Of a stretch of DNA of 64,000 bases, positions 28,530 through 39,236 are shown piece after piece; the stretch's first letter is position 1, and each line of letters begins with the position of its first letter. The notes under the pieces were generated by a model, which saw only the letters and a program-made list of their open reading frames with translations, ran no database searches and had not been told where the DNA came from. Location of the stretch: assembly GCA_031291955.1 (NCBI GenBank), contig JARLIA010000009.1:1772-65771 (forward strand), given 5' to 3'. A program made the position numbers and the translations under genes. The DNA comes from Minisyncoccota bacterium. GTDB lineage: Bacteria; Patescibacteriota; Minisyncoccia; Moranbacterales; UBA2206.

Positions 28530-30404
28530 CTATTTATTGTCTGACTGCGCCAAACTTTGGGAAATTTTATTAAACTCATGACGGAGAAGGACTAATGCTT
28601 CTTTATCCTGCCTCTCTTCAGCCATCTTGAGATCACTAGTCAGACGAATCAGTGTCTGCCGCTTCAGTTCACTTTCAATTTCACGAAGATTTGTTTGAAA
28701 GTCGGCCCGAGGATTATCAATGACAACTTCTTCCAGCTCATTGTTGATGCCCAAGCGATACTTTTTTCGAAAGTATATCTTCTCCGCCCGGTTCTTCATT
28801 TCCGGGTCCGCAACCAACTCCGTCGTCAGACGATCAAAATCAAAACCGACCGATTCTCCTTTTTCGAGCAATAATTTCAGAAGGCTATCTTTAGCGGCAA
28901 AAGTCTCGCCGGAAAGCGAAACCTCCGCCTCCTTCCAAACTTCACACGAAGAAAGTATGAGCGCGATGAGTTCATCCGTCAGCATCTCCAGCTTGGTCTT
29001 CCAAATCTCCGGCTCGATTTTATTCTTATCCGTACCAACTCGCTCTATTCTGCTTTTAAGAGTAGCTCTTTTAAGCATATCCGTCAATGCGGTTTCGCTA
29101 ACCGCAATCTTCTCGGCGATCTTTTTTATCCAATAATTTTTCTCAACGGAATTTTTTATGTCAGAAACGATTTCCATCATCACTTCCGAGAGTTTCCTTT
29201 TGTCTTCCGCTTTGTCTTTGTCATAGCGCGCGAGATTCCTTTCCAAAAAATATTCCACGGCATTTTGCGAGGCCGCCACCGCTTTTTTCAGCTCTTCCGG
29301 TCTTTCGCGCGCCACATCGGCCGCGTCTTTCCCGAACGGAAGACTCACGATTTCCGTTTCAATGTCTTCCGCGGAAGCAATCTTGAGACTCTTTTGAGCG
29401 GCCATCTGTCCCGCCGCATCCATATCAAAAAGCATTTTCATTTTAGGCGCATATCTTTTAGCAAGATGCACCTGTTCGGGCGTGAGGGCCGTCCCGCTAA
29501 CCGCCACCGTATTTTTAAGGCCAGCTTGACTAGCCGCAATCACATCCATATTTCCCTCAACAAAAAGAGTGAACCCTTCCTGTTTGATAGACGCCCTAGC
29601 CTTGTCGAGACCATAAAGCACTCGGCCCTTATGGTAGACTTCCGTTTCAGGAGTGTTGACATACTTAGCCTGCGACTCGTCGCTCCCTGGCGTCACGCGG
29701 GCGGAATAGCCCAAGACTTTGCCGGAATAGTCCGCGATCGGAAACATTATGCGTTCACGAAATCGGTCGTAATATCTGCCAGAATTTTTAATTTTAGATT
29801 CAGAATTCGGGATTTTATTGTCCAGGGGAAATTTGTCATTTGAAATTTGAGTATCCCTCTTTTCCACCAACAACCCGGTTTTTGCAATTTCCTCAACTTT
29901 AAATCCCCGGCTTAATAAAAATGACATTATATTATTCCAGCCTTTCGGCGCGTAGCCCAAGCGAAACTCTTTAATGGTTTCGTCTTCGATTCCGCGCTCG
30001 CGGAGATAATTCAATATTTTTATTTTCCCCGGTCCGCTCCACAATTGATATTCATACCACTTGGTGGCCAGCTCCAAAATCTCGATTGTCCGATTTTTCT
30101 CTTCAGTCTTTTTGGGATTGTAATTTGCTAGCTTCACACCAGCTTTTTCGGCCAGTTGCTTCAAAGTTTCCCGAAAATCCAAGCCTTCCATTTCCTGGAC
30201 AAAGGTGAAAATATCGCCGTGCTTTTGACAACCGAAGCAGTGCCAAAACTGCTTCTCTTCGTTGACCATAAACGACGGACTTTTTTCATTATGAAAAGGA
30301 CAGATCGCCTTCCAATTGGCCCCTGCCTTTTCAAGGCGGATATATTCGCCCAAAACATCCACGATATTCAGTCGGGATTTTATTTCCTCAACTTCATTTC
30401 CCAT
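28530..30404 (-). CDS. dnaG: DNA primase
   Basis: CPFH..CFGC zinc finger, DRFRERIMFPI, KYVNTPET, EGNMD, DMDAAG. Confidence 0.97.
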   Translation of the reverse strand: MGNEVEEIKSRLNIVDVLGEYIRLEKAGANWKAICPFHNEKSPSFMVNEEKQFWHCFGCQKHGDIFTFVQEMEGLDFRETLKQLAEKAGVKLANYNPKKTEEKNRTIEILELATKWYEYQLWSGPGKIKILNYLRERGIEDETIKEFRLGYAPKGWNNIMSFLLSRGFKVEEIAKTGLLVEKRDTQISNDKFPLDNKIPNSESKIKNSGRYYDRFRERIMFPIADYSGKVLGYSARVTPGSDESQAKYVNTPETEVYHKGRVLYGLDKARASIKQEGFTLFVEGNMDVIAASQAGLKNTVAVSGTALTPEQVHLAKRYAPKMKMLFDMDAAGQMAAQKSLKIASAEDIETEIVSLPFGKDAADVARERPEELKKAVAASQNAVEYFLERNLARYDKDKAEDKRKLSEVMMEIVSDIKNSVEKNYWIKKIAEKIAVSETALTDMLKRATLKSRIERVGTDKNKIEPEIWKTKLEMLTDELIALILSSCEVWKEAEVSLSGETFAAKDSLLKLLLEKGESVGFDFDRLTTELVADPEMKNRAEKIYFRKKYRLGINNELEEVVIDNPRADFQTNLREIESELKRQTLIRLTSDLKMAEERQDKEALVLLRHEFNKISQSLAQSDNK

Positions 30405-30462
30405 GTTTGTAGCGTACTATAATACGCCCAATATGGCAAAAAATTTCAGTCCCCTCCAGGCT

Positions 30463-30831
30463 TTAGGCGAAAAACCCAATAAAGAGAAAAAGCAGACCCA
30501 TAAGCATAACAACCCAGGTCGAAACCGCAAGATACATCTTCTTTTTGGCAATTGTCTTGCCGAGCTTGATGGTCGAAGAGGGAAAAAGAAGTAGAAAAAA
30601 TCCCTTGAGAAGTGCCAGCCATCCGATGAAAAACAAGACGAGGCTCTGACCGCCAAAAGCCAACAGTAAATAACCGATCACTAGCGCCATAAGTCCCCCA
30701 TAATATATCAGCCCGACATGTTCCGTCACCTCCTCAAAAAATTTTCGAGCCTCTTTCGGGTTAGCCAGCATTCCGAGCCCCAGCGCGAAGAACGTCACTC
30801 CCAGCAACTGAAAAATTTGCGCGATTGTCAT
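30463..30831 (-). CDS. Small four-TM membrane protein
   Basis: Hydrophobic throughout; GWLALLKG. Confidence 0.7.
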   Translation of the reverse strand: MTIAQIFQLLGVTFFALGLGMLANPKEARKFFEEVTEHVGLIYYGGLMALVIGYLLLAFGGQSLVLFFIGWLALLKGFFLLLFPSSTIKLGKTIAKKKMYLAVSTWVVMLMGLLFLFIGFFA

Positions 30832-31031
30832 GTTTTTGTTTTTAATTTTTAACTGTCTTTATTATACCATAAAAAAACAATCCCAAGTAAAAAAGAGCTT
30901 TCTGCCATCAAATTTTTAAATTAAAAAGGACAGGGGAAATATCATGATGATATTCCCGCCTGTCCCGAATGCGTGAGCTACTAAAAAACTCCTCCATCAA
31001 CTAACTCCCCCCTAATACTTTCTTTTGTTTG

Positions 31032-33482
31032 TTATGGTGATACTACCACCGTGGCGCTTCCATTCGCGCCGATACTGTATGCATTGCTCGGCTTAAGCGT
31101 TACAGTGGCATTTACTGCCGCCACTGTGCCTTTTTTGGGTAGCGGGCAAGGAACTACGCTTACTGTCACTGATGCCGCGTTCGCCGGAATAATTACTTTT
31201 CCGGGCAAGGTTTTATATGCGCTACTGCGGGAGTGGACCAGTGTAACAGTCAGCGGCCGGCTAACATCCAGCGACTGACCATCCACTGATTTCCGGGTAA
31301 AGGTGAATTGCCCGGGAGTCTTTTTGGATCGGGAAGCGGTGGGGATGGAAGCTTCCACCGTTACTGCTGGATCGGCCAGGATAATCACCGTGACCGCGTT
31401 CTTGGCCAATGTGTAGCCCGGGACGGCGCCTATTGTAAAGGCGACCGTTTTATCCGTCGCAAAGGGGACATTTTTTTGGGGGACAACGGTGAATTGCGTC
31501 ACAGCCGTTCCGTGTTTCAGAATAGCCTGTCCTTTGAGAGTGTAATCATGTCCCTTTATGGCTGTTCCATTGGTCGCAAGGGAAATCTTTACATTATTAC
31601 CGCCATTGGACGCACTTGCTGTAATAACAATCCTCGCCGTTCCGTTTTTATATATTTTCGAAGCAGAAGCGGAGACGGTAAGTGTCGGTAAAGGAGGTGT
31701 CGCTTGGCTGGCGATGCAATTAGAAGTTGAGCCTCCATTGCTGCCAACGCATTGCCAGGTAACTTTGCTTCCGGGTCCCGGGAAAACGGGACTGGCGGGA
31801 TTAGCAACTCCAGTGTCACAAAGAGCGCTGGAAAAACTAGATGACCCATACGGATGCACCGTTGCCGCCGGACCGCATGCGCCGTTAATAGGAGGAGGCG
31901 CCGCTTGGCCAGCGCTGCAAGTAGAAGTTGAGCCTCCATTGCTGCCAACGCATTGCCAGGAAGCCGAAAGTCCCGCTCCAGGAAAAGATGGGTTAATAGG
32001 ATTGGCACTTCCGATACTACAGAGAAGTCCGGAAAAACCAGTGGCTCCATATGCGTACATCTTTGCCGCTGATCCACAAATTCCATTAACCGGTGCTGGT
32101 GCGTAGGTACCAGTAATGGATGTTTTGGTTCCACTGCCGATATTCACAGTTTGCGATCCCGGCGTTAAGTAACCAGCGACAGCACTGAACGCAATGGCAT
32201 GTGTTCCCGGCACTATCGAAATAGTCCCGGGTGCTTGCCAGGATCCGCCGTCCACCTGGAATGTTCCGCCGATATTACTCGGCGAGATTGCCACGGCCAG
32301 AGTTCCTTGCACCTGGGTGTATACCTCAGTTGCAGTCGCGAGCTGGCCAAGGGTAACAGTAATTGACCGGCTGACTGGTGTCGTGAATCCGGAAACGGAT
32401 TTATATGTAACCGTATATGTTTTTCCGGATGGTTCCGACACAACATCGCCGCTTTTATTCCAGGTTGTTCCGTTGTCTATTGACCATTGCGCGCCGGCTG
32501 AAACTGCGCTGGCGGGAGAGATGATTGCGGAAACAGCACCATTTCCGATGCCGTATCCGTAGGCAATGGTACCTTCTCCAAAAGTTACGACGCTGGTTAT
32601 CTGGTCGTCGGCAATTTCGAAAAATCCATTCTCGCCCCAATAAGTATTCCAGCTGTTTTTGCACACGAAGCATTTCTTGGCAGATTCGTGTGCGATAATC
32701 AAGATACCGTGAACGCCCTCAAATGTGCTACCGGGCGTGATAGAGTAGACGCCCTCTTTATAGTAGTAGAAATCCGAGTATACATTCATACTCGTCGTCA
32801 ATGGTCCATAAACAGCCAGGGCGTTTTCTATGTCGCTTGCGGTATAGGATGTATTTGTTACCATCCTATACGTGGGGATCTTGTACATCTGGCTGTTCTG
32901 ACATTGGGAGTCAGAGCAAGCTTCGTCCGTGGCCGTGTAAGGGAAGCACGCCGCCAAGGGGAGGCCATTGCTTTCGATGAAATCAGAAGCACTGTTCATC
33001 CCGCCTCCGTTACAAGTTCCAGAGTTGCCACAGGAAAGCAAATACTGCTCAGAGAGAGAAAAGCTGTTTGCGTCCAGTGCCGGATTGTTCAAGAGAAAAT
33101 ATGATTCTGCGGCGGCTGTGGAGGCAAAGTCCCAACAAGACCCGCAACCCCCCTGATTTTTAACTGGCGTTACATAGTTCATACCATTAAAGTTTCGAAA
33201 ATCAATATCGGCGCCGGCGCCAGTGCGGGCCAATGGAGCGGCGATAGATAATGATTTGGCAGTCATGTCTGAGGGTATTTTAAAACCTCCAACGCGCCTC
33301 AATCTTTCCACTTCAGGCAGTTTCGAGATTGAAGTTTCCCCGGCCTTCCACTTAGCGCCGGCTTCCTTGATTCCGAACTGGACGCTTACCAGTTCAGCCT
33401 GCGATGCCGATGCCGGCGAACATAGGAACAGAAAAGAAAAAATCCCTAATAATACTGCCGCAAAAAATGATTTTTTACTCAT
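31032..33482 (-). CDS. Secreted papain-family (C1A) cysteine protease with Ig-like, Cys-rich NGxCG and Calx-beta-like domains
   Basis: Signal peptide; QGGCGSCW, GVHGI, CKNSW catalytic motifs. Confidence 0.88.
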   Translation of the reverse strand: MSKKSFFAAVLLGIFSFLFLCSPASASQAELVSVQFGIKEAGAKWKAGETSISKLPEVERLRRVGGFKIPSDMTAKSLSIAAPLARTGAGADIDFRNFNGMNYVTPVKNQGGCGSCWDFASTAAAESYFLLNNPALDANSFSLSEQYLLSCGNSGTCNGGGMNSASDFIESNGLPLAACFPYTATDEACSDSQCQNSQMYKIPTYRMVTNTSYTASDIENALAVYGPLTTSMNVYSDFYYYKEGVYSITPGSTFEGVHGILIIAHESAKKCFVCKNSWNTYWGENGFFEIADDQITSVVTFGEGTIAYGYGIGNGAVSAIISPASAVSAGAQWSIDNGTTWNKSGDVVSEPSGKTYTVTYKSVSGFTTPVSRSITVTLGQLATATEVYTQVQGTLAVAISPSNIGGTFQVDGGSWQAPGTISIVPGTHAIAFSAVAGYLTPGSQTVNIGSGTKTSITGTYAPAPVNGICGSAAKMYAYGATGFSGLLCSIGSANPINPSFPGAGLSASWQCVGSNGGSTSTCSAGQAAPPPINGACGPAATVHPYGSSSFSSALCDTGVANPASPVFPGPGSKVTWQCVGSNGGSTSNCIASQATPPLPTLTVSASASKIYKNGTARIVITASASNGGNNVKISLATNGTAIKGHDYTLKGQAILKHGTAVTQFTVVPQKNVPFATDKTVAFTIGAVPGYTLAKNAVTVIILADPAVTVEASIPTASRSKKTPGQFTFTRKSVDGQSLDVSRPLTVTLVHSRSSAYKTLPGKVIIPANAASVTVSVVPCPLPKKGTVAAVNATVTLKPSNAYSIGANGSATVVVSP

Positions 33483-33635
33483 CGGAAACCCTCCCTCTGT
33501 GACTGCTGTAATGTCAGATAAAATCCAATTTGTCGATATATTTTCGAAGCCCGCGAGCCTCGGTATTTATGTTAAAGTTCTATTTACAAGCTAGCAATAA
33601 GTGTCGGATTAGTCAAATGAATGCATGAAGCAGTA

Positions 33636-33664
33636 AAAAAGAGAACGCTTCCGCGTTCTCTTTT
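33636..33664 (-). terminator. Intrinsic terminator
   Basis: AAAAGAGAACGC-GGAA-GCGTTCTCTTTTTT. Confidence 0.75.
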
Positions 33665-33687
33665 GCCTTCGAGCATTATTTCTAATC

Positions 33688-36285
33688 TTAGGGCGCCACT
33701 TCCTTCCATCCGTTGTTGCTGCAGTTTTTTTCCCCGTTACATGTCTGGCCGATACATCCCGCGTCAGCACAGGTAGATCCAATACAAGTGCTGGCTTTAC
33801 AACTGCAATCAGACGTACAGCCGACAGCAATACTACTAAATGTGGCTGTGACGTTTTTAGTGGATTGAATATTATTCATCTGGCAAATATTTCCACCGGT
33901 TCCACTAGTGCTGTCACAGCCAGACCACGATTTGAATTGAATGGAAGCATTTCCACTGGCGGCGATATCTGTAACGCTTGTGCCTGCAGTTAGGCCTGAT
34001 ACCGAACTGTAGCTACAGCCACTGGCGCAATTTAAACTGGGTTGGCTGGCGGAGGTAATACTCCCACCGGTTTGACCGGACTTATATACATTTAAAGAAT
34101 ATGTACCAGGAGCTGATAGGCTGGCGGAACATTGAGGGCTGTCGGCTCCGCCGTTTGACCCATGGCATGTCCACTTCCATGGACTAGTAAGAGGATCCGG
34201 ACTAGCCGTCATGATCGGGCTTGGACTTTGACACAAATCCGGATCGGCTGGAGCAGATGAAAGTGTCTTTCCGTCGGCACTACCGCAGGCGCCGTCGACG
34301 ACGGTGGATGCAAGATTGGCCCTACAAGAATCAGTTATTCCCCCACCCGAGCCATCACAGGTCCAAGTCCAGGGACCGGTGCCGGTAACGGTACTGGCGG
34401 TTCCGGTGCTGCATAAATTGGTCGGGGTGGAAGCAAGTGTTTTGTTGTTGTCGCTGCCACAGACGCCGGGAACAGCAGGATCGATAACGGTGTAATACAT
34501 AGTGTAACTTCCGCTAAAAGTCCAGAGGTTGTCTTCGTTGCTACTATGCACTTTATAGTTAAAGGTGATGGGATAGGTTCCCGGCGTCTGTGGCACCGTA
34601 AAATTCCCATCATTAGCCCAATAATCCCTATCGGCTATATATTGGTCGTAATAAGTGTAGGTAGTGCCATTAGTAGTTCCTGTCAACATCAATTTGGATG
34701 AATTGTCATCATCATCATCATCACTTCCAACGTTATGCGCCTCTACTACCACATCTATTTTTTCATTGGCGTTATATTGGGGTGCAACATCAAATGTGAC
34801 ATTAAAAATAGGTGTATAGGCCGTATACAACTTCCAGTTTGAGTCTAAACTTTGGTGGACGAAATTCAGATCGATCGTATCCGCTTGCGACCCTTTGACC
34901 CAAAAACCGCTCAAGAAAATAATGACCAGGAACAGCCCGATTCGAGTGATATTTTTCCAGTTTTTCTTATGAGCAATTACGATAAGAAGGATTACTGCCA
35001 AAGTTACTAATAGCACAACAAGGACAAGAAGGGTATTGTTGTGGTTAGAGGTGTTACCGGTGGGTTGAGTTTTGCCGGCGGCGGTTTTAGCGGTTGAGAA
35101 ATCAAGCTTATCCAATACATTACCATTGGCATCTTTGAGCGTTACGGTCACCGCGGGGTTGGGACAGTTGGCAACGACAGGAAATTTGATATCAGCCGAA
35201 TTTGGACCAGTGGCGATGTCAGACAGTTTTTTCTCAAAAGGACTGATGCAAGTTTTCCCGTCCGAAGCAATGGCGATGGAGGCACTGCCGTTGTCTGTAT
35301 AGATACCGGTGCCTTCCATCCCTTCTTTTTCGGGAGCATTAACCGAATTAGTCTGACGAATATCCCAGGAAAAAGAAGCTTGGATGGCATCTCCTTGGGC
35401 ATAAGAATTTTTGTCTATTCTAAAATTTTGGATGACGCCGATGATGCCGGCAATAGCGTACCGGACATCAAGAGTGTTGGAAACCGTTTGTCCTTGCGAA
35501 TCAATAAGGGTAAAAAGCATATCATAGTCCTGAGGGACCACGGCCTTGGGAAGAGTGAAAGTTGCGGTCTTGGAAGTATTGGCCGCCAAGGCGAGGTCAG
35601 CTTGTTTGTTTGTGGAGACTATCTGTCCAAAAAGGCTTTGGGAGTGGGTGACAAAATTCGGAATGACAGTCATATTATGGCCATAGTTGTTTTTAATGTC
35701 GCAAGTGAGGATCAGATTTTCCGAAGGCGCGATAACTGGCGGTGATTGATCGAGCGTATATTTCTGGCCGGTGCCGTCAACCTGGAGAGAACAAGAACTG
35801 GAATCAATGTTGATAAAATTATCGGTCTGGCCGTTACGTTTGATGTTTCCGGCCATATCTTGGCTCATGAGTACGCCCTTGGAATTTTCAACCTTCACCC
35901 AGACATCAAAATTGCCACTGATCCAAGCGGGAATTGTGTAGGTTATTTCTTTATGAATAGTGGAATTGGCAGCCAAAACCAAAGTCTCAGGATAGATTTT
36001 TTGATCGGCCACTATATTCTCACCATTACCAGGCACAACCAGAAAGACGCCGTATTTTAAATCCGGTTGGATTTGCTTGCCGCCAGTCAAGTTGAACGCG
36101 ATTTTCAAATCAGAGCCGCTTTGGGAAATAATCGCGGCACTGTTGATATTGATTGTAGAGATAACCTCGACAACGCCACTGCCGCTGTCAGCCGGTTGAT
36201 TCGGCGGAGATGTCTGCGCCAGAACCGGCGACACAACCCAGAAAGACAAAGCCATTAAGACCGCCAGGAGTTTTATTTTTCTCAT
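33688..36285 (-). CDS. Surface protein with internal TM hairpin and Cys-rich GxCGS repeats
   Basis: Signal peptide, beta-rich domains, two central hydrophobic segments, GVCGS/GACGS..W.W.C repeats, ends WKEVAP. Confidence 0.8.
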   Translation of the reverse strand: MRKIKLLAVLMALSFWVVSPVLAQTSPPNQPADSGSGVVEVISTININSAAIISQSGSDLKIAFNLTGGKQIQPDLKYGVFLVVPGNGENIVADQKIYPETLVLAANSTIHKEITYTIPAWISGNFDVWVKVENSKGVLMSQDMAGNIKRNGQTDNFINIDSSSCSLQVDGTGQKYTLDQSPPVIAPSENLILTCDIKNNYGHNMTVIPNFVTHSQSLFGQIVSTNKQADLALAANTSKTATFTLPKAVVPQDYDMLFTLIDSQGQTVSNTLDVRYAIAGIIGVIQNFRIDKNSYAQGDAIQASFSWDIRQTNSVNAPEKEGMEGTGIYTDNGSASIAIASDGKTCISPFEKKLSDIATGPNSADIKFPVVANCPNPAVTVTLKDANGNVLDKLDFSTAKTAAGKTQPTGNTSNHNNTLLVLVVLLVTLAVILLIVIAHKKNWKNITRIGLFLVIIFLSGFWVKGSQADTIDLNFVHQSLDSNWKLYTAYTPIFNVTFDVAPQYNANEKIDVVVEAHNVGSDDDDDDNSSKLMLTGTTNGTTYTYYDQYIADRDYWANDGNFTVPQTPGTYPITFNYKVHSSNEDNLWTFSGSYTMYYTVIDPAVPGVCGSDNNKTLASTPTNLCSTGTASTVTGTGPWTWTCDGSGGGITDSCRANLASTVVDGACGSADGKTLSSAPADPDLCQSPSPIMTASPDPLTSPWKWTCHGSNGGADSPQCSASLSAPGTYSLNVYKSGQTGGSITSASQPSLNCASGCSYSSVSGLTAGTSVTDIAASGNASIQFKSWSGCDSTSGTGGNICQMNNIQSTKNVTATFSSIAVGCTSDCSCKASTCIGSTCADAGCIGQTCNGEKNCSNNGWKEVAP

Positions 36286-36505
36286 TTCTTTTTGTTAGTT
36301 TTTTATGTTTGAATTATACAACGAATTTATGTTCTTGTCAGCGGGGAGCAAACAAGTTATCCCCATCATCAACAAAACCACAACAAACAGAATTATTCCC
36401 ATTGATCAATTTATATCATTACTTGCACGGGTATTATAACATAAACTAGAATGTTTCATTTCCCTACAAAAAAATCAAGGCTCGATCAAGCCTTGAAAAT
36501 TAGTG

Positions 36506-36592
36506 CGGAGGCGGAGAGATTCGAACTCTCGGTGCCGGTTAAGACACACTTGCTTTCCAAGCAAGCGCACTAGACCACTATGCGACGCCTCC
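36506..36592 (-). tRNA. tRNA-Ser(GGA)
   Basis: GGAGGCG/CGCCTCC acceptor stem, CTTGC-TTGGAAA-GCAAG anticodon arm, long variable arm, GTTCGAATC; CCA not encoded. Confidence 0.95.
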
Positions 36593-36676
36593 AAAATATC
36601 AAATATAAAGCAAGGCCTGGTTAGCCTCGCTTTACATACTATCAGCAAAAGAATATTTTTTCAACCGCTTTCCAGG

Positions 36677-36701
36677 AAGACGCGATAAATCGCATCTCTA
36701 C
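36677..36701 (-). repeat. GTAG-type REP-like palindrome
   Basis: GTAGAGATGCGATTTATCGCGTCTT. Confidence 0.55.
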
Positions 36702-36702
36702 C

Positions 36703-39174
36703 TCATTTCTCCATCTTCCCAATCTCGACCGTCGTTTTGATGACCGTGTCGGGATTCAAAGAAATGGAATCAATGCCTTCGGTCACGAGGAATTTGGCAA
36801 AATCGAGAAAATCGGACGGAGCTTGGCCACAGATGCCGACTTTCCGTTTGCAAGTGTGGGCTTTTTTAATAACTTGACGGATAAGTTCTTTCACCGCTTC
36901 ATTGCGTTCATCATAAACATGGGCGACTTTAGCCGAGTCGCGGTCGACGCCGAGCGTCAGCTGGGTCAGGTCATTAGAACCAATGGAAAATCCGTCGAAA
37001 ATTTTGGAAAATTCGTTGGCCAAAATGACATTAGACGGGATCTCGCACATCACATAAACTTCCAGATTGTTCTTGCCGCGCTCGAGGCCATGACGCCTCA
37101 TTTGCGCCAACACTTCTTCCCCCTCTTTCACCGTCCGGCAGAACGGCACCATGATTTTGACGTTGGTGAGCCCCATGACGTCCCGCACCTTTTTGAACGC
37201 TCGGCATTCCAAGGCGAATCCTTCCATATAATCCGGATCATAATAACGCGAGGCGCCGCGCCAGCCGATCATTGGGTTCTCTTCCTTCGGTTCAAAATCC
37301 GCGCCGCCAATGAGAGTTGAATATTCATTGGTCTTAAAATCAGAGAGGCGCACGATGACATCTTTCGGATAGAAAGCGGCCGCGATCCGGCCAATGCCTT
37401 CGGCCAGCTTCTCCACAAAAAATTCCTCTTTGTTGTCGTAGCCATGAGTCAGGTCGTTGATTTGGCGACGGACTTCATGGTCCTTGATCTGATCGAAATA
37501 TTTGAGGGCCAGTGGATGAATCTTGATATATTCGGTAATGATGAATTCTTCCCGAGCCAAACCCACACCGTCATTGGGTATGAAAGATAGATCGAAAGCC
37601 TGGTCGGGATTACCAACATTCATCATGATCTTGGTTTTGGTTTTTGGGATATTTTTGAGATCGGTGCGTTTGACCGTAAAGCCCAAAAGACTGTCATAAA
37701 CACGCCCCTCTTCCCCTTCGGCGCAACTGACTGTTACCGCTCGGCCGTTTTTCACCACCCGAGTGGCGTTGCCAGTGCCGACAACACATGGGATGCCCAA
37801 TTCCCGACTGACAATGGCCGCGTGAGAAGTCCTCCCGCCGGAATTGGTGACGATAGCGGCCGCGATTTTCATAATCGGCTCCCAATCCGGATCGGTCATT
37901 TCCGTCACCAGCACCTCGCCTTTTTTGAACTGGGCGATCTTGGCCACGTCTTTTATCACATTGGCTTTCCCTTGTCCGATTTTCGCGCCAACAGCTGAAC
38001 CGACAGTAAGGACCTTTCCCTTCTCGCTAATTTTGTATTCTTCCAGCACGCGCCGGTCCTTTTGCGACTCGACCGTTTCCGGCCGAGCTTGAACGATGTA
38101 GAGCTCGCGACTGCGGCCATCTTTGGCCCATTCGATGTCCATCGGCTTCTTGTAATGCTCTTCAATCTTCATCCCCCAGCGCGCCAGCTCCAGTACTTCC
38201 TCATCGGTCAAACAAAATTTCTTGCGGTCTTCCATCGGCACTTTAACATCCTGGGTCGATGAATTCCCGCCAACCGAATAGACCAGCTTATTTTCTTTGC
38301 TACCCATTTTTTTGCCGATGATCGGTTCAAATCCTTGAGCCAGCATTGGTTTATGGAGAATAAACTCGTCCGGCGTAACTTTGCCTTTCACGATATTTTC
38401 CCCCAGGCCCCAAGAACCATTGATGACGATGGCGTCGGCAAAACCCGATTCGGTGTCAATGGTAAACATCACCCCGCTGCAGGCTTCGTCCGAGCGGATC
38501 ATTTTCTGGACGCCGACCGAAAGAGCAATCTTGAAATGATCAAAACCTTTATCCACCCGATATGAGATGGCCCGGTCGGTGAAAAGCGAAGCGATACATT
38601 TCTTGACTGATTCCAAAAGCTGGTATTCCCCGCTGACATTGAGATAGGATTCCTGTTGCCCCGCAAAAGACGCGTCAACCAGATCTTCGGCAGTCGCGGA
38701 TGATCTCACCGCCACATCCACTCCACCGGCGAAATGGTTAGTGTGGTCGTCAGCATCCCAAGTAATCCGGAAATCCTTGTGACGGATATATTCTTTGGAA
38801 AGTTTCCGATAGCCTTCGACGATTTCGTTCCGCAAATCGATCGGAAAATCGGCCGACAAAATCGCTTCCCGGATCTGATAGCCCCGCTTGGCCAAATTCA
38901 CCATATTGCGGGTGTTGAGACCTTTTAAAATGTCTTTAATCTTCTGATCAAGTTTGTTCCAGGCAATGAAATGGCGATAGGCTTTCGAAGTGATGGCAAA
39001 ACCGTTCGGCACCCGGATGCCACGCGCGCGCAAATTGGAATACATCTCGCCGAGCGACGCGTTCTTGCCGCCGGCATATTCGATATCGCCGATCCCAAGC
39101 TCCGAAAACCACAAGATCAGTTGGTCTTTTTTATTTTTGCTCTTGTTTTTTTGGACGGTTTTTTTCGTCGGCAT
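36703..39174 (-). CDS. ppsA: Phosphoenolpyruvate synthase
   Basis: GGKNASLGEM, AVRSSATAED, GGRTSHAAI, SIGSNDLTQ. Confidence 0.96.
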   Translation of the reverse strand: MPTKKTVQKNKSKNKKDQLILWFSELGIGDIEYAGGKNASLGEMYSNLRARGIRVPNGFAITSKAYRHFIAWNKLDQKIKDILKGLNTRNMVNLAKRGYQIREAILSADFPIDLRNEIVEGYRKLSKEYIRHKDFRITWDADDHTNHFAGGVDVAVRSSATAEDLVDASFAGQQESYLNVSGEYQLLESVKKCIASLFTDRAISYRVDKGFDHFKIALSVGVQKMIRSDEACSGVMFTIDTESGFADAIVINGSWGLGENIVKGKVTPDEFILHKPMLAQGFEPIIGKKMGSKENKLVYSVGGNSSTQDVKVPMEDRKKFCLTDEEVLELARWGMKIEEHYKKPMDIEWAKDGRSRELYIVQARPETVESQKDRRVLEEYKISEKGKVLTVGSAVGAKIGQGKANVIKDVAKIAQFKKGEVLVTEMTDPDWEPIMKIAAAIVTNSGGRTSHAAIVSRELGIPCVVGTGNATRVVKNGRAVTVSCAEGEEGRVYDSLLGFTVKRTDLKNIPKTKTKIMMNVGNPDQAFDLSFIPNDGVGLAREEFIITEYIKIHPLALKYFDQIKDHEVRRQINDLTHGYDNKEEFFVEKLAEGIGRIAAAFYPKDVIVRLSDFKTNEYSTLIGGADFEPKEENPMIGWRGASRYYDPDYMEGFALECRAFKKVRDVMGLTNVKIMVPFCRTVKEGEEVLAQMRRHGLERGKNNLEVYVMCEIPSNVILANEFSKIFDGFSIGSNDLTQLTLGVDRDSAKVAHVYDERNEAVKELIRQVIKKAHTCKRKVGICGQAPSDFLDFAKFLVTEGIDSISLNPDTVIKTTVEIGKMEK

Positions 39175-39236
39175 AAAATTATTTTTATTGTTTATTTTTC
39201 CTGATTGCATTATACCACAAAAACCGTAAAAACGCA

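Noticed and set aside
33483-33600. Riboswitch upstream of the C1A protease
   Set aside because: No recognisable aptamer consensus or expression platform.
30900-36506. Genomic island integrated at tRNA-Ser
   Set aside because: No integrase, and I found no duplicated tRNA 3' end in the window.
36546-36566. Identical anticodon stem (CTTGC/GCAAG) in tRNA-Ser and the inner tRNA-Gly
   Set aside because: Match is too short and the rest of the two tRNAs differs; probably coincidence.
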